The notes below the pieces were generated by a model. It saw only the letters and a list, made by a program, of their open reading frames with translations. It was not told the DNA's origin and ran no database searches. From the NCBI GenBank assembly GCA_949289935.1, contig CASEQD010000005.1, positions 66,655 through 130,654 of the forward strand: 64,000 nt of DNA, written 5' to 3'. Below are positions 1 to 7,324 of this stretch, in pieces (the stretch's first letter is position 1; each line of letters opens with the position of its first letter). Position numbers and translations under genes: made by a program. The stretch comes from an uncultured Pseudomonadota bacterium (lineage in GTDB: Bacteria; Pseudomonadota; Alphaproteobacteria; RF32; CAG-239).

Positions 1-922
1 AAGCATAATTGTTCTCGGCATAGGGGATTCCGCGCACATTAACGCCGAGCAGGCCGGTAAGAACGGTCAGCGGCGTAAAAATAACCGTAACGATGGAAAT
101 GATGTACATGATTTTTGTCATGCTGATGCTCATTTTGCTTTGAAGTTCTTCATGAAAAATGGCCAGATGATCACGATTGTAATCTAAATCTTCAATAGCT
201 TTGGTGAGATCATTGAAAATTTCCCGTATGTCATTTTTATCATCGGCGGTTAATATCTCAAGCTTGTCATTTTGCAGACTGAGAAAAATTTCTTTCTGCG
301 GAGCCGTATAACGATGAATTGAAACAATCTGCCGTCTGAGATCGCTGATGGCGTCGCGCAGACTGAAATCGCTCAGACTGTCGGTGCTGATGACTTTTTC
401 CTCCAAATCCGAAGTTGTTTCCGTAATGTCAATGACCGTATCATTGATTTCATCAACCATCTTCTGAGCCAAAGTCAGAAAAAACTGCACGCTTGTTGGC
501 GGAACCTGTTTTTTTTCAATTTCTTTCCGCATAATGTTAATAAGCTTCAGACGTCGGTGCGACAGGGTAATGATTTTTTCTTTATCCAACCAGATTCGAA
601 CGGAAACCATATCTTCGGGATCGCAACCGGAATTTTGGTTTATGCCCCGCATAATCAACACCATGCCGTCGCCGAAATGAAAATACCGCGGCCGGGTGCT
701 GTCATCGCAAAGAGCCTCGGCCACTTCTGCGGCCAGATGATATTTTTTTGTTAAAATATTGTAAGTATTCGGTTCTTTATAATCCAAATTCAACCAGACA
801 TAACCGTTTGTTCCGGCAGACAGTTTTCTTTTTTCGGCGCTTTTAAAATCGGCACGGCCGTCATTGCGGATAACAACACCGTACGGAATGGCCAAAAGTT
901 CGCAGCTGTCATTGCTTGTCAT
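1..922 (-). CDS. zntB: CorA/ZntB-family divalent metal (Zn2+/Mg2+) transporter; C-terminus cut by window edge
   Basis: Absent from the ORF track because it runs off the edge. Hand translation of the minus strand from ATG 922-920 gives MTSNDSCELLAIPYG... It ends in a TM helix followed by LTGLLGVNVRGIPYAE, the ZntB-type form of the CorA GxN signature. Confidence 0.7.
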   Translation of the reverse strand, partial: MTSNDSCELLAIPYGVVIRNDGRADFKSAEKRKLSAGTNGYVWLNLDYKEPNTYNILTKKYHLAAEVAEALCDDSTRPRYFHFGDGMVLIMRGINQNSGCDPEDMVSVRIWLDKEKIITLSHRRLKLINIMRKEIEKKQVPPTSVQFFLTLAQKMVDEINDTVIDITETTSDLEEKVISTDSLSDFSLRDAISDLRRQIVSIHRYTAPQKEIFLSLQNDKLEILTADDKNDIREIFNDLTKAIEDLDYNRDHLAIFHEELQSKMSISMTKIMYIISIVTVIFTPLTVLTGLLGVNVRGIPYAENNYA

Positions 923-1023
923 AATAACTCTCCGTAACAATTTTTTTCATTGTTCCTTAAAACATTTGCCATAATAATAAAAACAACTCTTTAAAGTTCA
1001 ATTAATCTGAAAGCGGAAACAAA

Positions 1024-1470
1024 ATGAAAGCATTGGTTCAGCGGGTAAAAGAAGCGTCGGTATCCGTAGGTGGAAAAAAACATTCGCACATCGGCGCCGG
1101 ACTGTTGGTTTTTTTGGGCGTGGAAAAAGGAGATTCCGAAAAAGAAGCTGACTGGCTGGCCGGAAAAGTTTCTTCTTTGCGCATCTTTGCAGATTCTCAG
1201 GGAAAGATGAATTTATCTGTAAAAGAAATTTCAGGCGGCCTGTTGGTTGTATCTCAGTTCACTCTTGCGGCGGATACCAACCGGGGCAATCGTCCCGGTT
1301 TTGAAAAAGCGGCGCTTCCGGCTGAAGCGGAAAAACTGTATGAATATTTTGTAAAAAAGCTGAAAAGCGGAAACATTCCAGTAACTACGGGCATTTTTCA
1401 GGCCGATATGCAGGTTGCCCTGATAAATGACGGACCGGCGACATTCATGTTGGAGAAAAAAAATGCCTGA
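1024..1470 (+). CDS. dtd: D-aminoacyl-tRNA deacylase
   Basis: 148 aa. Start MKALVQRV, SQFTL motif and C-terminal NDGPATF are typical of Dtd. Confidence 0.9.
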   Translation: MKALVQRVKEASVSVGGKKHSHIGAGLLVFLGVEKGDSEKEADWLAGKVSSLRIFADSQGKMNLSVKEISGGLLVVSQFTLAADTNRGNRPGFEKAALPAEAEKLYEYFVKKLKSGNIPVTTGIFQADMQVALINDGPATFMLEKKNA

Positions 1471-2236
1471 AAAAACAAAATTGCCGGAGGAAAAACGCAT
1501 CATCCGCCGCCTGCGTAAAATTTCTTATCTGGATAACAAGGCCGTCAGTGAAGTTGAATCGGACATTTGGCAGTCTCTGAAAAAAAATCCGGAAAATACG
1601 GCTTGTCGGATTTTGTGGTTGTCAAATCTGCTTATGCAGGGAAAACGGGATGAAGCCGTTTCCGTTGCCGGAAGAATATGGGCTGACGGCGGTTCTATCA
1701 GCGAAAATATAAAGTTTATATATATAAACTGTCTGATCGGGATGGGACTGAATGTTATGGCGCAAATGCTTTTGGATGACGTTTTGGAAACAAAAGAAAA
1801 ACTGTCGGCGGAAGAGCTGGCCGTTTGCGTAAATTATGTTTTGTTTACGGGAGACAACGGCATTTTGCCGAAAATAATTTCTTTGTGCCGCAACAAAAAA
1901 CAGGGAGATTTGCTGCAGGCATGGGAAGAAGATTTTTCTCAAAACGGATATTGGCCGCATTACCGGATGTTTCAAAACATCATTGAACGAAACCTGAAAA
2001 ACAGTCGTTGCTTCTGCAGCGGTTTCGTCGGAGAAAACGCCGGAACAAAACTCTTGTCCTGCTGCATATATGCCAACCTTCGGGCGTCCGGCTGCCTGAA
2101 ACAGGAAGAGATAATACAACGGGAACTCAAAGCTTATTGCACCGCCAAAAAAATGACGGAGAGTCCCGCTTTTTTATGCAGCGTCAGGCCTCTGGAACTT
2201 CTGGCTCAACCGAAGTCTCCTGACCGGCCGGTGTAA
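1463..2236 (+). CDS. hypothetical helical (TPR-like?) protein
   Basis: Long ORF in a coding-like frame. I chose ATG 1463 (GGAG 8 nt upstream, overlaps the dtd stop) over the track start at 1427. No recognisable motifs. Confidence 0.5.
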   Translation: MPEKTKLPEEKRIIRRLRKISYLDNKAVSEVESDIWQSLKKNPENTACRILWLSNLLMQGKRDEAVSVAGRIWADGGSISENIKFIYINCLIGMGLNVMAQMLLDDVLETKEKLSAEELAVCVNYVLFTGDNGILPKIISLCRNKKQGDLLQAWEEDFSQNGYWPHYRMFQNIIERNLKNSRCFCSGFVGENAGTKLLSCCIYANLRASGCLKQEEIIQRELKAYCTAKKMTESPAFLCSVRPLELLAQPKSPDRPV

Positions 2237-3227
2237 TCATCCGGGGCAGCGCCGGGATATTGCCTTTTTCCCTCTCTGCCTGTTGAATATGTGTATTGAG
2301 CTGTTCGCAGGCATTATAAAACAGTTTTTTCAAAAGCTTTAAGGCGGCCTGCTGCTCGTCTTCATTGTTTTCAAACAAAACAAAACGGTTTTGATGAACG
2401 GTTTGCGCTTTTCGTCCGTCGGCAAACGACAGTTCCATGGAAATAACCATATGCAGCCGGCTGGATGTTGTATTTAAAGCTTCGACCTTGGCGCGTAGAA
2501 CTTTTGTTTTAACAATATAGTCGGCATCTTTTTCATCGGCTGCTGTTTCAAGATGTTCGTTTTTAACAAACCAGTCTGAAACAATTTTGGCATGAGCGGC
2601 AGATTGAGTATGATTAAAAAACTCAACCGGCGCCGCATATATCCGGCTTTTAATTAGGGATGATATTTCTGCTTCGGGTAATGAAGCACTTCCTTCCTGA
2701 AGCGGAGAATTTTCCTGCAAAAGAGCGCTCTCGTTTCCGGCTCCGTAATTTTCTTCCAGATGGTGTGTAATTTCTTCCGACAGCTCGGCCGTATTTTCTG
2801 TTGTCTGATCATCGGAGAGCGGCTCTGCATCTGCCTGTTTATTGAAAAAGTCATCTGTTGCGCGGGAAACATTTTCATCAGAAACATACCCGGAAATCTC
2901 AACACATATTTTATCGGCGGACTGTTCGGTTGTTTTAACGGAAAGATCTTCGACATATTCATCGACGATTTCATAAACCAAAACATTAAAATCATGACTG
3001 TCCAGCTGCTCTTTATATGTTTTTAAAAAGGGCAGGGCGCTGACGGCATTGAAAACGGCTTTATCGGTAACCCGCACCCGCGCGGTAGACATTGTTTCAT
3101 CTCCGCTGATGGTTTCGCAGGCATTCCCGTGCAGCGAAACAACGCCATCTTCCGCCCGCGCCGGAAAAAAGCTATACACAAGCGGCAGCGTCAAAAAAAC
3201 AGAAAAAATAAAAACTCTGAAAACCAT
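2184..3227 (-). CDS. hypothetical secreted acidic protein
   Basis: N-terminal signal-peptide-like MVFRVFIFSVFLTLPLVYSFFPARAEDG. I chose ATG at 3227. No known domain recognised. Confidence 0.55.
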   Translation of the reverse strand: MVFRVFIFSVFLTLPLVYSFFPARAEDGVVSLHGNACETISGDETMSTARVRVTDKAVFNAVSALPFLKTYKEQLDSHDFNVLVYEIVDEYVEDLSVKTTEQSADKICVEISGYVSDENVSRATDDFFNKQADAEPLSDDQTTENTAELSEEITHHLEENYGAGNESALLQENSPLQEGSASLPEAEISSLIKSRIYAAPVEFFNHTQSAAHAKIVSDWFVKNEHLETAADEKDADYIVKTKVLRAKVEALNTTSSRLHMVISMELSFADGRKAQTVHQNRFVLFENNEDEQQAALKLLKKLFYNACEQLNTHIQQAEREKGNIPALPRMITPAGQETSVEPEVPEA

Positions 3228-3375
3228 AGTCCCGTCGCCAAAAATCATTATATAAAAAACAGTATAAAGCGATAAAAATAAATCTCACTTACATTTTTGC
3301 ACTTATTCACTAATTGCATTTATTTATTTATATGTTAAATTAACCCCGAAAAACAAACGGAGAAAAAGAAACGTT

Positions 3376-3816
3376 ATGGTTATGACCTTTGCCGCCGTAT
3401 TAATCGGCCTGATGCTTCTGATACGCCCGCTGCAGCGCAATAGTTTTTATGTCTTGCACTGTGCGTTGGTTGTTTTGTCGGCTTGGTATGTCGAGGGGCA
3501 TTGGTTTCGGGTTTCGGCTTTTCATTACAAAACATTTTTGTTGTTTTTGGTTTTTCATTTTATTTCAATTAACATCATAACCATTCTGGCTTATTGGAAG
3601 GACAAGCGTGCGGCGGTCTCCGGCGGCTGGAGGGTTCCCGAGGCGCAGCTTCACACGCTGGAGTTTCTGGGGGGATGGAGCGGCGCTTTGCTGGCACAAA
3701 AAATGTTTCGCCACAAAACCAGAAAGAAAAGTTTTCGCGCCGTATTTTGGCTGATGCTTGTGCTGCAGGTTTTTGCAGTTTGGATTATATTAAAATATCT
3801 GCGCATAATTGCCTGA
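3376..3816 (+). CDS. DUF1294-family membrane protein
   Basis: The stretch YWKDKRAAVSGGWRVPEAQLHTLEFLGGWSGALLAQKMFRHKTRK matches the conserved DUF1294 core. Confidence 0.8.
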   Translation: MVMTFAAVLIGLMLLIRPLQRNSFYVLHCALVVLSAWYVEGHWFRVSAFHYKTFLLFLVFHFISINIITILAYWKDKRAAVSGGWRVPEAQLHTLEFLGGWSGALLAQKMFRHKTRKKSFRAVFWLMLVLQVFAVWIILKYLRIIA

Positions 3817-3831
3817 TTTCAAGGAAAGAAC

Positions 3832-5604
3832 ATGATAGAAGAAGAATTGCAGACTATTCCGAAAATGAAATTTTCCGAACATTACAAAAAAATGTGGCCT
3901 TATGTTAAGCCCTATTGGTTCCGGGCGCTTTTGGCTGTTTTGATAAGCATTCCCATCGGAGCGCTGGATTCTGTCGTTGCTTTGGCGCTCAAACCCTACA
4001 TGGATATTGTGCTGGTTGACAAGTCCCATGAATCTCCGGTTTATATTCCGTTGCTCATTGTTGCGTTTACAACGCTTCAGGGCTTTCTGAATTATTTTGC
4101 CGCCTATCTGAACACCTGGGTTGGAACAAAAATTGATCAGGATTTGAAACGCGATCTTTTTCAAAAGCTTTTGTATCTGGAGCCGGCATATTTTGACAAA
4201 CACAGTTCGGGATTCGTGTTGCAGCGTTTTGGTAATGATGCCGCGGTCGCCTGTACCGGATTACTGGAAAATCTCAAATTGTTTGTAACGCGCTTTTTTT
4301 CTTCTGTCGGGCTCATTTGTGTTTTGATATATAATTCTTGGCAGTTGTCGATTATTGCCATTGTGGTTTTGCTGCTGGCTTTGCTGCCGCTGGCTTCGGT
4401 TCGTCGCCGCATAAAAGATTTGGTTTATAAAAGCGTGGCTGAAAATTCAAAAATTTTCACCAACTACAACGAGGCCTATTCCGGAAATAAAACAATTGCG
4501 GCCTATAATATGCAGGAAAAAGAATTTACCCAGTTTAACGAATTTTTGCGCAAAATTTTCAAAATCACCATCAAAATGGTTCAAAAAATCGGTTGGATGA
4601 CGCCGATGATGCACATCATGGTTTCCATCGGCATCGGCGGGGTTATCGGCTATGGCAGCTATCTGATTGTCAACGGCGACATTACCAGCGGCAATTTTGT
4701 GTCATTCATCACGGCGCTGGTCATGCTTTACAACCCCATAAAAAGCCTGGGTAAAAACTTTCAGGCGGTTCAGATATCTTTTCTGGCAATTGAACGCGTG
4801 GCCGAAATTTTGGAGGTGGAACCGGCCATTAATGACAAACCAAGTGCAAAAGAGCTTGACCGCATCAAAAAGTCCATTGAATACAAAAATGTCGGATTTG
4901 AATATAATGAAGGCACGCCGGTGTTGAAAAACATCAGCTTCAGTATAAAACCGGGCATGCGCGTCGCTTTCGTCGGAAATTCCGGCGGCGGCAAAAGCAC
5001 GTTGGTCAATCTTCTGCCGCGCTTTTATGAAGTAACCGAAGGCGGCATTCTCATTGACGGAACGGATATCCGCGATTACAGGCTTCATTCTCTGCGCGAA
5101 AATATTGCGGTTGTTTTTCAGGATAATTTTTTGTTCACGGGCACGATTCGCGACAACATTCTCATCGGCAAGCCCGATGCTTCACCTGAAGAAATTGAAA
5201 AAGCCGTCAAAATGGCTTACCTCGATGATTTTATTGATGAACTTGAAAACGGCCTGGATACGGATATCGGCGAACGCGGAGCGTTGCTTTCCGGCGGCCA
5301 GCGTCAACGGCTGGCGATTGCCCGCGCCTTTTTGAAAAATTCGCAAATAGTTGTTTTGGACGAAGCAACCTCGGCGTTGGATAACAAATCCGAAGCTGTT
5401 GTGCAGAAAGCCATTGACAACCTCATGCAGGACAGAACGGTTTTTGTCATTGCCCATCGTTTGTCGACGGTGCAGAATGCTGATGTTATCATGGTGGTTA
5501 ATGATGGTGAAATTGTTGAAACCGGCCGCCACGAAGAATTGCTGAAAATCGAAAACGGAGCATATAAAGCGCTTTACGCCGCCCAGTTTAAAAGCAAAAA
5601 CTGA
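3832..5604 (+). CDS. ABC exporter, fused permease/ATPase (MsbA-like lipid/multidrug exporter)
   Basis: 590 aa with six N-terminal TM segments. Walker A GNSGGGKST, signature LSGGQRQRLAIARA, Walker B IVVLDEATSALD. Confidence 0.9.
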   Translation: MIEEELQTIPKMKFSEHYKKMWPYVKPYWFRALLAVLISIPIGALDSVVALALKPYMDIVLVDKSHESPVYIPLLIVAFTTLQGFLNYFAAYLNTWVGTKIDQDLKRDLFQKLLYLEPAYFDKHSSGFVLQRFGNDAAVACTGLLENLKLFVTRFFSSVGLICVLIYNSWQLSIIAIVVLLLALLPLASVRRRIKDLVYKSVAENSKIFTNYNEAYSGNKTIAAYNMQEKEFTQFNEFLRKIFKITIKMVQKIGWMTPMMHIMVSIGIGGVIGYGSYLIVNGDITSGNFVSFITALVMLYNPIKSLGKNFQAVQISFLAIERVAEILEVEPAINDKPSAKELDRIKKSIEYKNVGFEYNEGTPVLKNISFSIKPGMRVAFVGNSGGGKSTLVNLLPRFYEVTEGGILIDGTDIRDYRLHSLRENIAVVFQDNFLFTGTIRDNILIGKPDASPEEIEKAVKMAYLDDFIDELENGLDTDIGERGALLSGGQRQRLAIARAFLKNSQIVVLDEATSALDNKSEAVVQKAIDNLMQDRTVFVIAHRLSTVQNADVIMVVNDGEIVETGRHEELLKIENGAYKALYAAQFKSKN

Positions 5605-5619
5605 GCTCTGCTTTTTTCT

Positions 5620-6212
5620 CTTTCCGTCCTGAGATGCGTCCCGTCAGCTTCTCTTCTTGAGATAGAAAATTTCTCTGATTCATTTTCACTGAACAGAACG
5701 CTTCTCCTTTCTCGTTTCTCGTTTCTCTTTTCTCTGTTCTCTTGTCTCTTTTCTCTTTTCCTCTCCGCTGAGTAGTTCTCCCCCTTTTCTCCTCCCCTGA
5801 GTAGGGGAGGCGGGAGGGGTATGAATCTAAAACGAATTATCTAATTTCCTCCCCCTGAGTAGGGCTGGAGGCAGAAAAACAATCCGGTGAATTGTTTTTC
5901 AACGACAGAGTCTGAATTGTTAGATTGTGAACAGGCGATAGCCTGAGGAAACAATCGTTACAATTCAGTTGACCAAAGCAGCTTTGCTGCAAGAAGGCGG
6001 GAGGGGGTATGAATCTAAAACGAATTATCTAATTTCCTCCCCTGAATATCCTCTCCATTTCTCCTCCCCTGAGTAGGGGAGGCGGCCGAAGCTAAAAGCA
6101 ACTAACGTTGCTTTTAGCAAGGAGACGCAATGAGACTTTTCTTTTGGAGGGAGTAGTACTACTCCCTCCAAAAGAATTAGTCGGAATTGAAGAGGGGTAT
6201 GATTCAAACAAA
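5620..6212. repeat. mosaic intergenic repeat cluster R1 (CT-rich tract, CCTGAGTA units, hairpin modules H1 and H2)
   Basis: Contains a CT-rich tract at 5700-5790 and CCTGAGTA cores at about 5769, 5797, 5855 and 6069. GGGTATGAWTC occurs three times. The H1 hairpin spans 5912-5968 and a 34-bp perfect palindrome spans 6141-6174. The same modules recur in R3-R7. Confidence 0.9.
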
Positions 6213-6253
6213 AAATCCTCTTCATTTTTTTCACTTCTGTATGAAAATAATGA

Positions 6254-6282
6254 TTGAACAGTCAGAAAACTTATGCTACACT
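6254..6282 (+). promoter_or_regulatory. sigma70-like promoter of paralog P1 (TTGAAC-17 nt-TACACT with TG extension)
   Basis: The hexamers, spacing and TGc extension are conserved upstream of P1, P2 and P3. A GGAGG RBS follows about 25 nt downstream. Confidence 0.55.
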
Positions 6283-6309
6283 AAAATCAGTGATGATAAA
6301 GTGTGGAGG

Positions 6310-7098
6310 ATGAAATGCGTGCGATTCTTTCCGCCGGCAAAAAGGTATATTTTACCTTGCTGGCTTCTTCTTTTATGTTCCCGATTAGATTGCAATACGT
6401 TAGGCTACGATTCGACAACAGCATGCGACAACGGCATCAAATGTCCCTTCGGCGAATATTGGGCATGCCCTGAACCTAAAAAACCCGAAGGTGCCGTTCT
6501 CGGTCAGTGCACAGGTTATGCCAAAAATTGCAACATCGGAGATATCCTTTATACAGACGGCACCTGCTCCGCCGATGTCGTCTCCGGTAAAACCCCGCTT
6601 GCCGTCGTCGTTTATATTAGTCCTGATGGTTGCGGCCAGGCTCTGGCTCTGGAAGGACTGGGAAGTTTTGCATGGTCAACGGAATATGTTGATATCCCGG
6701 ATTTAGCAAATTACGATAATCCTGCAAATGATTTTTCCAGTTGTGAAAATACGAAAACTGTTATTGATTACAATTCCAAACAATACGGAAACGGTGCTCA
6801 TTATTATCCGGCGTTTTGGGAAGTATACAACTACGCGCCGTCCACCATGCCGGAAACCAAAGGCAAATGGTGTCTGCCGGCCGTCGGCATATTAAACAGC
6901 ATTTATGATAACGTAAAGGTTATTAACCAAAGCCTGATTAGAATAAATAAAACATACATTAACGATAGTTTGTTCTGGTCGTCGTCCGAGGGCGATGCTG
7001 GCTACGCGTGGAGCTGGCGCATAGATAGATCCAACGCCATCAGTTACTACGACAGTAAGGACACCCTCCACTATGTTCGCCCGGTGCTCGCGTTTTAA
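6310..7098 (+). CDS. Cys-rich DUF1566/C-type-lectin-like protein, paralog P1 (N-terminus altered by a 26-nt deletion; possibly decaying)
   Basis: The body is highly similar to P2/P3 (DCNTLGYDSTTACDNGIKCPFGEYWACPEP ... KGKWCLP ... WSSSE ... YVRPVLAF). The mature part is in frame only with ATG 6310 (MKCVRFF...), not with the ATG used by P2/P3. Confidence 0.6.
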   Translation: MKCVRFFPPAKRYILPCWLLLLCSRLDCNTLGYDSTTACDNGIKCPFGEYWACPEPKKPEGAVLGQCTGYAKNCNIGDILYTDGTCSADVVSGKTPLAVVVYISPDGCGQALALEGLGSFAWSTEYVDIPDLANYDNPANDFSSCENTKTVIDYNSKQYGNGAHYYPAFWEVYNYAPSTMPETKGKWCLPAVGILNSIYDNVKVINQSLIRINKTYINDSLFWSSSEGDAGYAWSWRIDRSNAISYYDSKDTLHYVRPVLAF

Positions 7099-7102
7099 CC
7101 CC

Positions 7103-7200
7103 GCCTTTTTTCCAGAGTAGCCTCTCCACTTTCTCTCCCCTGAGTAGGGCTCTCCTTTTCTCTCCAGCCCTACTCAGAGAGGGAACTTTCCTTCTCTCTC
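7103..7200. repeat. repeat cluster R2 downstream of P1, with a 12-bp-stem hairpin
   Basis: CTGAGTAGGGCT (7140-7151) pairs with AGCCCTACTCAG (7166-7177). Two CCTGAGTA-type units sit in opposite orientation. Confidence 0.8.
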
Positions 7201-7324
7201 TGAAGTAAAGAAAACATAATAACCGTTTTTTACATTTTTGTTAAATATTTTCTGCTATACTGATTTTATATTGAAATTTTTGTCAAAAAAAGTTACAATA
7301 CCAATAAAACACGAGGATATTATC

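Noticed and set aside
1427-1462. Track-suggested long N-terminal extensions (1427 for the 1463 gene; 6187 for P1; 15358/42121 for P2/P3; 11376 for tcdA; 38889 for fliX; 41680 for yacG; 62563 for the phosphatase)
   Set aside because: The extensions run through upstream genes, promoters or repeats and lack an RBS. Internal ATGs with Shine-Dalgarno sequences give N-termini that match the family or signal-peptide expectations.
5700-5790. CT-rich microsatellite-like tract (CTCGTTTCTCGTTTCTCTTTTCTCTGTTCTCTTGTCTCTTTTCTCTTTTCC) as a phase-variation slippage tract
   Set aside because: It is not a perfect short tandem repeat and lies more than 450 nt from the nearest start codon, upstream of the predicted promoter. 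It fits better as the degenerate beginning of the polypyrimidine/CCTGAGTA array.
6130-6156. Mini-ORF MRLFFWRE with a strong AAGGAG RBS inside module H2 (second copy at 16365-16391)
   Set aside because: It is conserved in both copies only because the DNA is a repeat. At eight codons it overlaps the palindrome arm, and nothing indicates translation. It is worth a glance in ribosome-profiling data but is not called.
6025-6234. Minus-strand ORFs inside the repeat clusters with recurring YSGEEK / LNHTPLQFRLILL peptides (also 14923-15111, 16191-16441, 22965-23280, 48609-48878)
   Set aside because: The recurrence only reflects translation of the repeated DNA. Unit spacing (26-29 nt) is not a multiple of three, frames drift between copies, and no RBS or start context is conserved.
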